The position numbers and the translations under genes were made by a program. DNA of 64,000 nucleotides from Candidatus Magasanikbacteria bacterium CG1_02_32_51. Lineage in GTDB: Bacteria; Patescibacteriota; Patescibacteriia; Magasanikbacterales; UBA922. The stretch covers positions 218-64,217 of the forward strand of contig MNVC01000019.1 of the NCBI GenBank assembly GCA_001871435.1, in the 5' to 3' direction. The first letter of the stretch is position 1, and every line of letters begins with the position of its first letter. Below the pieces are notes generated by a model. It did no database searches and was not told the DNA's origin. It saw only the letters and a list, made by a program, of their open reading frames with translations. This document shows positions 50,787-60,349 of this stretch, one piece after another.

Positions 50787-52193
50787 ATGAAAAATACTTT
50801 AACTTATTTAGCTATAATTGTACTACTTCTACCACAAGTTTCTTTAGCTACAAGTTTCAACCCAAACAATATTATTAATGATGAGATTTTACAAAACAAA
50901 GATGCTATGGATCTTTTTGATATACAAGCTTTTTTGCAAGAAAAGAATAGTTCCTTGGCAAATTTTGTGACAGAATTTCAAGATGGGACAAATAGAAAAG
51001 CCTCTTACATAATATACAACTCAGCCCAACAATATAATATAAATCCAAAATATTTATTAGTTAAACTACAAAAAGAACAAAGTCTAGTTACAGAAACAAA
51101 TCCTAGTCAAAAACAGTTAGATTGGGCAACAGGCTTTGGTGTTTGCGATGCCTGTAGCAAAGATGACTTAGACATACAAGATTACAAAGGTTTTAACAAC
51201 CAAGTAGAAAGTGCCGCAGCAGTAATGAGAAGCTACTACAACAAAGTAAACACCCAAACTTGGATAAAAAAAGCAGGCCAAACTTACAATATAGATGGTG
51301 AAAATATAACACCAATGAACAATGCCACCGCCTTTTTATATACTTACACCCCACATTTACATGGCAATGAAAATTTTTGGACTATCTGGCAAGCTTGGTT
51401 TGTACAAAGTTACCCGGATGGCACCTTAGCAAAAACTAAAGATGATGCAACTATTTATTTGATCCAAGATGGTAAAAAAAGAAAAATTTCTAATATGACT
51501 TCTTTAATTACCCGCTTTAATCCTAAATTAATCATAACAATTCCTCAAACAGAAATTAATAAATTAGAATATGGTAATGAAATAAAATTACCAAATTATG
51601 CTATTGTAAAAGATGGTTTAGATTATTATTTATTAGATAATGAATACAAAAGAAAATTTACTAATTATGATGTAGTAAAACAAATTGGTTATAACCCAGA
51701 TGAAATTATTGACGTAACTAATTCTGATTTATCAGATTACACATTGGGAAAACCAATTACTCTAGAAGAAAAAAATATCACAGGTAGAGTGGTTAAATTA
51801 AAAACAGGAGATAGTCTATACTATATAAAAGGAAATACTTACTCCCCTATTCTAGACGAAAATACTGCCAAAATAAACTTTCCAAATCTAAAAATTGAAG
51901 ATGTAGAGGCAAATGAATTCTCTAATTTAACTAGTATAGACCCAATCATACCAAAAGATGGACATTTGATTGGTATACAAGGTAATCCAAATATTTATGT
52001 TATGGAAAATGGCAAAAAAAGACATATCATAGATGAAAAAACTTTTGATACTTATGGTTACAACTGGAGTAATATAGTCTGGATAGACTTCTTTGCTGGA
52101 TTAATAATTCCTAATGGAGAACCCTTGTATTTAATAGAACAAATTGATAATTTAGATACAGTTACTACCACAAGTAGCACAACAAATCTATAA
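50787..52193 (+). CDS. secreted hypothetical protein (signal peptide; possible cell-wall-associated)
   Basis: N-terminal signal peptide; no confident domain match. YNINPKYLLVKLQKEQSL weakly resembles lytic-transglycosylase-like segments. Confidence 0.35.
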   Translation: MKNTLTYLAIIVLLLPQVSLATSFNPNNIINDEILQNKDAMDLFDIQAFLQEKNSSLANFVTEFQDGTNRKASYIIYNSAQQYNINPKYLLVKLQKEQSLVTETNPSQKQLDWATGFGVCDACSKDDLDIQDYKGFNNQVESAAAVMRSYYNKVNTQTWIKKAGQTYNIDGENITPMNNATAFLYTYTPHLHGNENFWTIWQAWFVQSYPDGTLAKTKDDATIYLIQDGKKRKISNMTSLITRFNPKLIITIPQTEINKLEYGNEIKLPNYAIVKDGLDYYLLDNEYKRKFTNYDVVKQIGYNPDEIIDVTNSDLSDYTLGKPITLEEKNITGRVVKLKTGDSLYYIKGNTYSPILDENTAKINFPNLKIEDVEANEFSNLTSIDPIIPKDGHLIGIQGNPNIYVMENGKKRHIIDEKTFDTYGYNWSNIVWIDFFAGLIIPNGEPLYLIEQIDNLDTVTTTSSTTNL

Positions 52194-52202
52194 TTTAATT
52201 AT

Positions 52203-52994
52203 ATGCCAGTAGTATTTGCAACCATTACACCACATCCACCAATTTTAATAGAAGGCATTGGTAAAGGTAAAAAAAGTATTATCAATAAAACAGTAAATTC
52301 ACTTATTAAAATTGAAGAAGATTTATATATTAGTAAACCTGATGTTATTGTGGTGATTTCTCCACATAGTGATATTTTTGATAATGTTTTTTCTGTCAAT
52401 TTATGCGAAAATTTTGTTTCTAATTATGAAAAATTTGGAGATTTTTCTACTCAAAATTCCTGGACAGGAGAAATCATCTTGCCCTATATCCTAAAAGAAA
52501 AAGCTTATGAAAGAAATATACCAGTTCAACTTTTGACTGAACACAAATTAGATCATGGTACTTCAATACCTTTGGTGACCCTTGCCTCACATTTACAAAA
52601 TATAAAAATCTTACCAATTGGCAATGCCAACTTAGAGCCAAAATCACAATTGGAATTTGGACAATTATTATATGACATTTTTTCTAATTCTGAAAAACGT
52701 ATAGCCATAGTGGCTTCGGCTGATTTATCTCATTCTCTTAATAACAACTCACCAGCTGGCTTTCATAAAGCTGGCCAAGAATTTGATGAAAAAATAATAG
52801 AATTATTAGAAGCACACAATACTGTTGGTATTACCCAAATAGATAGTAAAATTATAAAAGATTCCAACCAATGTGGTTATAATTCTATATTAATTTTACT
52901 TGGCTGTCTCAAAAATATAAATTATACTTTCAAAAATTTATCCTATGAAACTGTGTTAGGCGTTGGTTACCTAACTGGTGAATTTATATTTTGA
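52203..52994 (+). CDS. class III extradiol dioxygenase subunit B-like / Memo-like protein (LigB/DODA superfamily)
   Basis: ITPHPPIL, VISPHSD and ASADLSHSL motifs match metal-binding regions of the superfamily. Confidence 0.45.
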   Translation: MPVVFATITPHPPILIEGIGKGKKSIINKTVNSLIKIEEDLYISKPDVIVVISPHSDIFDNVFSVNLCENFVSNYEKFGDFSTQNSWTGEIILPYILKEKAYERNIPVQLLTEHKLDHGTSIPLVTLASHLQNIKILPIGNANLEPKSQLEFGQLLYDIFSNSEKRIAIVASADLSHSLNNNSPAGFHKAGQEFDEKIIELLEAHNTVGITQIDSKIIKDSNQCGYNSILILLGCLKNINYTFKNLSYETVLGVGYLTGEFIF

Positions 52995-54879
52995 TGTGAT
53001 TTTAAAAATAATACCTCTTACTAGACTACCTAGAGCTTTTTCTACTTTTGATTATCAAATAAACGAAGAATTGAAAACTTCAGTAGAAATTGGTCAATTG
53101 GTAAAAATTTCTTTCCGCAATAAAGAAATCTTTGGGGTTATTTTTGATATTGAAAAAAATTCAGAAAATGAAAAACTAAAATGTCTTATAGAAATAGTAA
53201 ATGAAATACCAATACTAAACAAAAAACAATTACATCTTTATATACAGCTAGCTGAAATATATTTAGTCTCTCCTTCAACTTTTTTGAAGATGGCTTTGTG
53301 CCCTTTACAAAAAAGAAAATTAAAAAAAATGATATTAAAAAAAGAAAAACCAAATATCAAAAAAGAAAAACCAAACCAAGAATACTATCTTTATAATTCA
53401 GAACACGAGCATAAAAAATTATACAAAAATCTAAAAAAAACAACTTTAATTATTGTACCAGAAATCTGGAAAATAGAAGAAATAAAAAAATATTTACCAC
53501 AAAAATTACAAACAAAAGTTGTCACTTGGTATGCCGAATTGAGTAATAAAGAAAAATTTGAAAATTGGTTACAAATAAAAAAAGAAGAAGAAACTATTGT
53601 TATAGGCACTAGAAATGCTCTTTTTTTACCCTTCAACAATTTGGACAAAGTGATTATAGATTATGAACATGATGAAAATCTAAAAAGCTGGGACAGTAGC
53701 CCAAAATTTCAAAGCAAAGATATTGCAAAATTTTTACAAAAATTATATTCTTGTGATTTAATATTTAGTAGTTTTTCTCCTAGTTTTGAAAAATATTATG
53801 AGATAAGTAAGGGAACAATTAAAATAAATAAAAAAATGACAAAAGACAGATTGCTTTTTAAAAGAAAAAAAATAAATGAAAAAAACTTACCAATTATTAT
53901 AAATTTCACAAATAAAGATTTTTTTAAAAACAAAAATATCTTTTCTTTAGAATTAGAAGATAAGATAAAAAACTCAAAAGAAGATGTTTTTATATACCTA
54001 AATAGAAAAGGTTATGCTACTAGTGTTACTTGTATGAATTGCAACTTTGTAGAGTCTGACCCCCTTACAGGGTTGCCATTAATTTACAAAAAAGAACAAA
54101 ACATACTCTATTCACCTTATAACAATTTTATCAAACCATTATCTGCTACTTGTCCAAAATGCAATAGTGAATTAACTAAAATGTATGGCTATGGTACAGA
54201 GTTGGTAGAATCTGAACTTAAAAAATTACTAAATACAAACACTAATCACAATATTATTAACATTGACAAAAATACTGACTTATCAAAGTTTTCTGAAGAT
54301 AAACAAAATATTATAATTGGAACAATCGCCGCTTTCAAATCTATAAATTGGATGAAAACTGAACTTATTGTTTTCTTAGATATAGACCGACAACTAGCTA
54401 TACCAGAATATTTATCAACAGAAAACATTTGGCACAACATACAAGAAGTAGAATATTATAGAAGAACAGATAGTAAATTCTATATTCAATCCAACAAAGC
54501 TGAACATACTATTTTCAAATCTCTAGGTGAAAAAGATAGGATATATAGGACAGACCTGAACAATAGACAGAAACTTGGTTTATTTCCTTACAAATATATA
54601 GTAAAATACTACTATGGTGGTGACAACGAAGGACAAAGCAAATTCCAAATAGAACAGACTATCAAGAATCTAAATTTAGCATTGACAAAAATCTCAAATA
54701 ATGTTACTATTCTTGGTCCTTATGAGATGCAACCAAAATATTTTAGAAGAAAATATTGGTACAGTTTTGCCATTAAAATTGCTGAAAAAAATCCCTTTCT
54801 AGTTATAAGACAAATAAATCAATTTATACCAGGTAACCATAAAATAGATCCTAACCCAATTAGTTTGCTTTCACCTTAA
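52978..54879 (+). CDS. priA: PriA (primosomal protein N') homolog with degenerate helicase ATPase motifs (Walker A absent; DEEH reads DYEH)
   Basis: N-terminal 3'-binding domain IPLTRLPRAFSTFDY (E. coli PLPRTFDY); LIIVPEIWKIEE; TIVIGTRNALFLPFNNLDKVIIDYEHDENLKSW (E. coli [32 protein letters not shown]); zinc-binding CMNCN...CPKCN. The position where GSGKT is expected reads YNSEHEHKK. Followed by def and fmt, as in the conserved priA-def-fmt order. Confidence 0.6.
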   Translation: MNLYFDVILKIIPLTRLPRAFSTFDYQINEELKTSVEIGQLVKISFRNKEIFGVIFDIEKNSENEKLKCLIEIVNEIPILNKKQLHLYIQLAEIYLVSPSTFLKMALCPLQKRKLKKMILKKEKPNIKKEKPNQEYYLYNSEHEHKKLYKNLKKTTLIIVPEIWKIEEIKKYLPQKLQTKVVTWYAELSNKEKFENWLQIKKEEETIVIGTRNALFLPFNNLDKVIIDYEHDENLKSWDSSPKFQSKDIAKFLQKLYSCDLIFSSFSPSFEKYYEISKGTIKINKKMTKDRLLFKRKKINEKNLPIIINFTNKDFFKNKNIFSLELEDKIKNSKEDVFIYLNRKGYATSVTCMNCNFVESDPLTGLPLIYKKEQNILYSPYNNFIKPLSATCPKCNSELTKMYGYGTELVESELKKLLNTNTNHNIINIDKNTDLSKFSEDKQNIIIGTIAAFKSINWMKTELIVFLDIDRQLAIPEYLSTENIWHNIQEVEYYRRTDSKFYIQSNKAEHTIFKSLGEKDRIYRTDLNNRQKLGLFPYKYIVKYYYGGDNEGQSKFQIEQTIKNLNLALTKISNNVTILGPYEMQPKYFRRKYWYSFAIKIAEKNPFLVIRQINQFIPGNHKIDPNPISLLSP

Positions 54880-54985
54880 AATAAAATAACAAAAAAAACG
54901 GGATGACAAAATGAGCGAAGGCGAATTTTGTTACTACGTTGTAACAAATTTCACTTCGTTCAATTTGTCAATCCAAAATAATAAT

Positions 54986-55483
54986 ATGTTAGAAGTAATA
55001 ACAATTCCCAATGAAAATCTAAGAAAAAAATCTATAGAAGTAGACCTTAATTTTGTTCGCTCTAGTGAAGCCCAAAAACTTTTTGATGATATGATAATTA
55101 CCATGTACAAAGATGATGGTATAGGTTTGGCTGCTCCTCAAGTTAGCAAAAATATTCGTGTTTGTATTATTGGTAAAGAAGCACTAAAACAAGATAAATA
55201 TAATACTTTGGACAATAACCAAGATTTGGTTTTGATAAATCCAAACTGGCAAAAAATAAATAAAAAAACTTATACAGATTTGGAAGGTTGTCTGTCAGTA
55301 CCAAAAACTTATGGAAAAGTAAAACGCTACAGACAAATAAATGTAGAAGCTTTGAACAGAAACGGCGAAAAAATAAAATTTGAAGCCAACAATTTTTTTG
55401 CTCGAGTTATTCAACATGAAGTTGATCATCTTGATGGAATTTTATTTATTGACAAAGCGACGGGGGTCTATGAAATTGAATAA
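54986..55483 (+). CDS. def: peptide deformylase
   Basis: GIGLAAPQV, EGCLS and QHEVDHLDG motifs. Start placed at the internal Met (MLEVITIPN); the longer ORF from 54911 is probably a 5' over-extension. Confidence 0.85.
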   Translation: MLEVITIPNENLRKKSIEVDLNFVRSSEAQKLFDDMIITMYKDDGIGLAAPQVSKNIRVCIIGKEALKQDKYNTLDNNQDLVLINPNWQKINKKTYTDLEGCLSVPKTYGKVKRYRQINVEALNRNGEKIKFEANNFFARVIQHEVDHLDGILFIDKATGVYEIE

Positions 55484-55566
55484 AAAATTAGGAATTTAGG
55501 AATTTTAAAAAGCTATCTTTAAATACTTTAAAAATGAACTACCTCGCAGCAAGCTGACGAGGTATC
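55483..55566. repeat. AT-rich leader repeat plus the 30-nt mini version of the 114-bp element (gaactacctcgcagca|agctgacgaggtat) in the def-fmt spacer
   Basis: ttaggaatttaggaatttt matches 5694-5712. The mini element equals positions 1-16 plus about 48-63 of the 114-bp element, forming the hairpin uaccucg/cgaggua. Confidence 0.7.
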
Positions 55567-55718
55567 CAGCGGAAGATATTTATTATATTGAGAAACTCAA
55601 CGTTTCTCAAACTCTTCCTTATATGGAAACCTCGAGGCAAGCCTCTAGGAATACAATGATTAAATCATTCAAAAATTGTTTTAAAATTCCTAAATTTAAA
55701 ATTCAAAATTATATATCT

Positions 55719-56639
55719 ATGCAGAAAACAAAAATTATCTTCTTCGGTACTCACCAATTCGCAACTAAAATATTATCTGGACTAATAGACAGTCCTCTTT
55801 TTGAAATAAAAAAAGTCATTACCCAACCAGACAAACCAGTTGGGCGTAAACAAATTTTACAAAAATCTCCAGTCAAACTTCTAGCTGAAGAAAATAATTT
55901 AGAAATAGATCAACCAGATAGTTTAAAAAACTATGAACTATTGGCTAATGGCTCTGAACTATTCATCGTTGCCCAATATGGACTTCTCATTCCAGAAAAT
56001 ATCTTGAATATTCCCAAATTTGGCACAATAAACGTTCACACTTCTCTACTACCAAAATATCGAGGTGCTTCGCCAATACAATCAGCTATCTTAAATGGTG
56101 ACACAAAAACAGGAATAACTATTATGCTCATGGACAAAGGCATGGATTCTGGACCAATTTTAAGCCAAAAAGAAATAGATATTGAAAATGCTGAGACTTA
56201 CTTAGAACTTGACGCTAGAATGGCAAATATTAGCTCACAGCTACTGCTCAGTACCATACCAAAATATTTAGATAAAACAATTGTTCCCCAAAATCAAGAT
56301 GAGACACAGGTAACTCTTTGCAAAAAACTTAGTCGTGATGATGGTAAGATAGACTGGAAAAATTCATCCAAACAAATCTATAATCAATATCGAGCTTTCA
56401 CACCTTGGCCAGGTGTTTGGACAATGTGGAATGATAAAAGAATAAAATTACTAAAAATAAAAATAAGTGAAGAAAAACTAGCAACAGGGCTAGTCCAAAT
56501 AGAACAAGACAAGATTTATGTGGGAACAAATGATTTTGCACTTGAAATAACTAAACTTCAAATTGAAGGAAAACCAGTTATAGAAAGTAAGGTATTTTTG
56601 AATGGTTACAAAAATATAGACAAAGTAAAATTATTATAA
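55719..56639 (+). CDS. fmt: methionyl-tRNA formyltransferase
   Basis: KIIFFGTHQFA and the HTSLLPKYRGASPIQ formyltransferase core. Start placed at the internal Met (MQKTKIIFFGT); the ORF from 55623 is likely a 5' over-extension. Confidence 0.85.
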   Translation: MQKTKIIFFGTHQFATKILSGLIDSPLFEIKKVITQPDKPVGRKQILQKSPVKLLAEENNLEIDQPDSLKNYELLANGSELFIVAQYGLLIPENILNIPKFGTINVHTSLLPKYRGASPIQSAILNGDTKTGITIMLMDKGMDSGPILSQKEIDIENAETYLELDARMANISSQLLLSTIPKYLDKTIVPQNQDETQVTLCKKLSRDDGKIDWKNSSKQIYNQYRAFTPWPGVWTMWNDKRIKLLKIKISEEKLATGLVQIEQDKIYVGTNDFALEITKLQIEGKPVIESKVFLNGYKNIDKVKLL

Positions 56640-56651
56640 ATTTACAATTTT

Positions 56652-58145
56652 ATGTTAAATTTAAAACTTAATAAAGAAGCTATTTTTATAAACTGGCAGT
56701 CTATTTTTCTTTTAGGTACTTTTATAATTTTGAGAGTACTTTCTTTTTTTATTAGGACTAACGACATACTTCAAACTACAATAATTTTTTCTTTGTTTAT
56801 AACCATGGGGGTATTCTTTTTCAAAAATCCGACCTATGCCTTTATGTTATTACTCACAGAATTATTTCTTGGTGGCTCCGGAAACTTATTTAGCTTTTTT
56901 GGGTTATCCATTAGAACAACACTAATTTTAGTTTTCATGTTTTTATGGATATGCTACGCTCTTTATCATAAAAATTTACGCTTATTATACATTCCACACA
57001 AATTTTTTTATGTTTTACCACTCATAATGATACTAACGTTTTTTTCTTTTACAAATGCTTTATTACACCAACACAATTTTGCAGATATCATAAAAGATCT
57101 TATACCTTATACTTATTTTATACTTTTTTTACCAGCCTACCATCTATTTAATAAACAAAAACTTCAGGAATATTTCATACGTCTTATTGGAGTCTATGTT
57201 ATAGGCTCTGCACTTTTTTCTCTTTTTACCTTTGTTTTGTTTGTATCTAGGATATCATTAATTCAAGGTGCTTATTACAAATGGTATCGAGATATTGTTA
57301 ATGGAAAAATCACTTTTATAACAGATTTTTTTTATAGAATTGTTACACCAGAACACTTACTCATACCATTGATAATGATCATCATTGTAGCTTTACTAAT
57401 GCGCCAAGAAAAACACAATCACTGGTGGCGTTTGATGTTTGTTTTGTTAGCCATTACTCTTATACTAAATTTTTCTCGTGCTTACTTTTTGGGTTTTTTT
57501 GTGGGCATGGCATTTCTTATATACAAACATAACATAAAAAAATGGCTTTTTGTTTCTATTTGGTCAATAGCGATTTTGAGTATTACTTTTACAAGTATTA
57601 ATTTTATAGCTAGTCAAGGTCGTAGTTTTGGCTTAGAAATTGCTGGAGTGCGTATTGGTAGTCTTATCAAACCAATGTCTGAAACAAGTAGCTATACTAG
57701 AACAATGTTACTAGAGCCAATTTTCAAACAAATAAAAGAAGCTCCTCTACTTGGGCATGGTATAGGAAGTTCTATCACATACTACAATTCTCTAAGTCAT
57801 GATTATACAACAACCACTCAGTACGATTGGGGATATTTTGAAATGTTAGCTGAACTAGGTGTTATTGGGACGTTAGTTTATTTATTCATCATTGCAATTC
57901 TCATCATTGAAATTATCAAAAAAATACGTCTTGTAAATAACTATCATGATATATATGTAGGACTTTTAGGCTCAATTATTGCTCTACTAGTAATTAACAT
58001 AACTACCCCTGTTCTTTTTCATGTAATCGGCATCTTATTTATCACTTTAGTAATGACTTTTATGGCACAACCTTTGACTACTTTTGATAATATAGTTTTA
58101 ACTCTATATAAAATTTTTAACAAAATGAAAAAAACTATTACTTAG
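56652..58145 (+). CDS. O-antigen ligase (Wzy_C)-like polytopic membrane protein
   Basis: About 12 TM helices and a central LNFSRAYFLGFFVG motif. Confidence 0.45.
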   Translation: MLNLKLNKEAIFINWQSIFLLGTFIILRVLSFFIRTNDILQTTIIFSLFITMGVFFFKNPTYAFMLLLTELFLGGSGNLFSFFGLSIRTTLILVFMFLWICYALYHKNLRLLYIPHKFFYVLPLIMILTFFSFTNALLHQHNFADIIKDLIPYTYFILFLPAYHLFNKQKLQEYFIRLIGVYVIGSALFSLFTFVLFVSRISLIQGAYYKWYRDIVNGKITFITDFFYRIVTPEHLLIPLIMIIIVALLMRQEKHNHWWRLMFVLLAITLILNFSRAYFLGFFVGMAFLIYKHNIKKWLFVSIWSIAILSITFTSINFIASQGRSFGLEIAGVRIGSLIKPMSETSSYTRTMLLEPIFKQIKEAPLLGHGIGSSITYYNSLSHDYTTTTQYDWGYFEMLAELGVIGTLVYLFIIAILIIEIIKKIRLVNNYHDIYVGLLGSIIALLVINITTPVLFHVIGILFITLVMTFMAQPLTTFDNIVLTLYKIFNKMKKTIT

Positions 58146-58167
58146 CTAGAATTAAAAAAGAAGCAAC

Positions 58168-58884
58168 CTATGCTTCTTTTTTTAAATTATGTTTCTCTGT
58201 AATTATTTCTTTAGCTTTTTTATACTTCCCCACCTTTCCTTTCCACCATGGCAGATAACTCCATGGTTTTTTGTAAGCAAATTTTGGTAACCAATCGCTT
58301 ATTCCCCCATTAGAAATAATAGTAAACAAACATTCATCCAACCAATAACCTTTTTTACCCTGTTCAACCATTGTCAACCACAAATCCCAATCTTGAAAAC
58401 GTTTCAACTTTTCATCAAACATAGGGAAATCTTTTTTTCTAATTAAAGAGCTAGTATGAATAAAATTATTTTTCTGTAATTGAATCGGTGAAAATTCTTG
58501 AGCCAACATTTTTTTCTTTCCCAAATTGAAACTACTATAAACAAAACAAACGTCTTTTTGACTTTCCAAAATTTCTGACATTTTGGTCAACATATTTTTG
58601 TCAGCTTCAATATCAGCATCCCAAAATATCACATATTCACCTTTTGATTCTGTAAAACCTCTATTGCGAGCAGCCGGAGCACCTTTATTTTCTTCTCTAT
58701 ACCATCTTATTTTAGGATTATTGAAAATTGAAAATTGAAAATTGAAAATTGGTGGCGTACTACCATCATCAACTACAATAATTTCTGTATTTTCATAATT
58801 TTGTTTGGTAGCTGACAAAAGAGACTTCTCAAAAATCTCGGCACGATTATAAACTGGTATGATTATACTAATAAGTTTATTCAT
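58168..58884 (-). CDS. family 2 glycosyltransferase containing an in-frame heptanucleotide tandem repeat
   Basis: IIIPVYNRAEIFE...VDDGSTP (GT-A DxD region) and WDADIE. (attgaaa)x4.6 at 58720-58751 encodes IFNFQFSIFN. Confidence 0.75.
   Translation of the reverse strand: MNKLISIIIPVYNRAEIFEKSLLSATKQNYENTEIIVVDDGSTPPIFNFQFSIFNNPKIRWYREENKGAPAARNRGFTESKGEYVIFWDADIEADKNMLTKMSEILESQKDVCFVYSSFNLGKKKMLAQEFSPIQLQKNNFIHTSSLIRKKDFPMFDEKLKRFQDWDLWLTMVEQGKKGYWLDECLFTIISNGGISDWLPKFAYKKPWSYLPWWKGKVGKYKKAKEIITEKHNLKKEA
58720..58751. repeat. perfect 7-bp tandem repeat (attgaaa)x4 plus a partial copy inside the GT2 coding sequence; candidate slipped-strand phase-variation tract
   Basis: Read directly. The unit length is not a multiple of 3, so one-unit changes shift the frame. 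Confidence 0.8.
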
Positions 58885-58897
58885 AACTTTACAAACC

Positions 58898-60268
58898 TTA
58901 TGAACTTTTAACTTTCAAACTGTCCCTGACAATTTGTCTATCATCCCAAAAAATCATTTTTCCTCCAGTTATACACATAGCTTGTTCACTTCCCTTTCCT
59001 GTTAGCAAAATCAAATCCCCTACTTTGGCTATTTCTACAGCTTTACCAATAGCTTCTTTTCTATCTAATATTTCAAACAAATTTTCATTCAATTTTTTAC
59101 CAGCCTTTTGAGCAAATTCAGAAACTTCTTTGATAATAGACAATGGATTTTCATCATAAGGATCTTCGTCAGTTACAATGAAAATATCAGCCTTTTGGGC
59201 AATCATCTCTCCTATTACTTTACGACGAGATTTATCACGGCCACCACCAGTAGAACCACAGACATGAATTATTCTTCCTGTTGGTTTTAACAAATCAACA
59301 ACTTTGTATAATTTAGTAAGAGCCACTGGTTCAAAGGCATAATCAACTATTACATCAAAGCCTTTGCCTTTTGCTTCTAAAATAAATTCATTTCTTCCTG
59401 GAACATTTTTGAAAACACTAACAGTTTTTTCAATTACTTCCCAGAAAATATTTAATTCACGAGCTACTGTAATAGCACCAACAATATTATAAATATTATG
59501 TTCACCATACATTGGTGCCATAAATTTGTGATTTTCAATTTCAAAATGTAATCCATCTTTATCCACTCGAACATCACTAAACAAAAATTTGTCTGTTATA
59601 TTTTCTAAATAATCTTTTTCTTGTTTACTACCAAACACTATTTTTTTTGCAAAATTGAATTGCAAAAATTCTGGAGAATATTGGCTATTACAATTGACGA
59701 TTGCTGTTTTTCCAGCGAAGACTGGTTCGCCTAGGACGGAGTTCATTGATAATTTATTACCTAACTTTTTAACACTACACTCGGAAACGTATTCAAAAAT
59801 ATCCAATTTAGCTTTTTTATAATTTTCGAAACTACCGTGAGATTCAATATGCTCAGGATACAAATTAGTCAAAACTATCATATCATAATTGATGAAGCTA
59901 TGACGGTACTGTAAACGACCCTCAGAAGTAGTCTCAACAATTGCTACATCACATTTCTTATCTACCATTTCACGTAAATATTTTTGAATTTGCATACGAC
60001 CAAGCATGGTCATCTTCTGATCATTTAATTTTTCTTCTCCTGCAACATAAAAATCAATAGTGGATAATGAACCTACACGCAAACCAGCACTTTCCAAAAG
60101 CTGTCTCAACAGATATACAGTTGTAGATTTTCCACTAGTACCAGTAATTCCAATAACCAATAATTCTTGGGAAGGATTCTTGTATACAAAGGCTCCAAAC
60201 CAAGCAAAAAATAAATGTCTAAGATTTAAAAACTTTTTTGGAAATATTTTTTTTATTATTTTTTTCAT
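58898..60268 (-). CDS. Mur ligase family protein, MurE-like
   Basis: IGITGTSGKSTTV P-loop and VIVDYAFEP (DYAHTP-like); the C-terminal TDEDPYDENP sits where MurE has DNPR. N-terminal hydrophobic segment. Confidence 0.6.
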   Translation of the reverse strand: MKKIIKKIFPKKFLNLRHLFFAWFGAFVYKNPSQELLVIGITGTSGKSTTVYLLRQLLESAGLRVGSLSTIDFYVAGEEKLNDQKMTMLGRMQIQKYLREMVDKKCDVAIVETTSEGRLQYRHSFINYDMIVLTNLYPEHIESHGSFENYKKAKLDIFEYVSECSVKKLGNKLSMNSVLGEPVFAGKTAIVNCNSQYSPEFLQFNFAKKIVFGSKQEKDYLENITDKFLFSDVRVDKDGLHFEIENHKFMAPMYGEHNIYNIVGAITVARELNIFWEVIEKTVSVFKNVPGRNEFILEAKGKGFDVIVDYAFEPVALTKLYKVVDLLKPTGRIIHVCGSTGGGRDKSRRKVIGEMIAQKADIFIVTDEDPYDENPLSIIKEVSEFAQKAGKKLNENLFEILDRKEAIGKAVEIAKVGDLILLTGKGSEQAMCITGGKMIFWDDRQIVRDSLKVKSS

Positions 60269-60320
60269 ACTATCTCTCTATCAACAAAAAACTGTTTTAT
60301 TTATCTTAATACACAGTTTT

Positions 60321-60348
60321 TTGATATTAATAAAAAACGTGATACAAT
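60321..60348 (+). promoter_or_regulatory. sigma70-like promoter TTGATA-N16-TACAAT driving the GC-rich ncRNA candidate
   Basis: ttgata at 60321-60326 and tacaat at 60343-60348. Confidence 0.45.
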
Positions 60349-60349
60349 A

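Noticed and set aside
54911-55718. Long N-terminal extensions of def (from 54911) and fmt (from 55623) given in the ORF track
   Set aside because: The extensions lack conserved residues and run through repeat and hairpin DNA. Conserved def and fmt N-termini begin at the internal Met residues (54986 and 55719).
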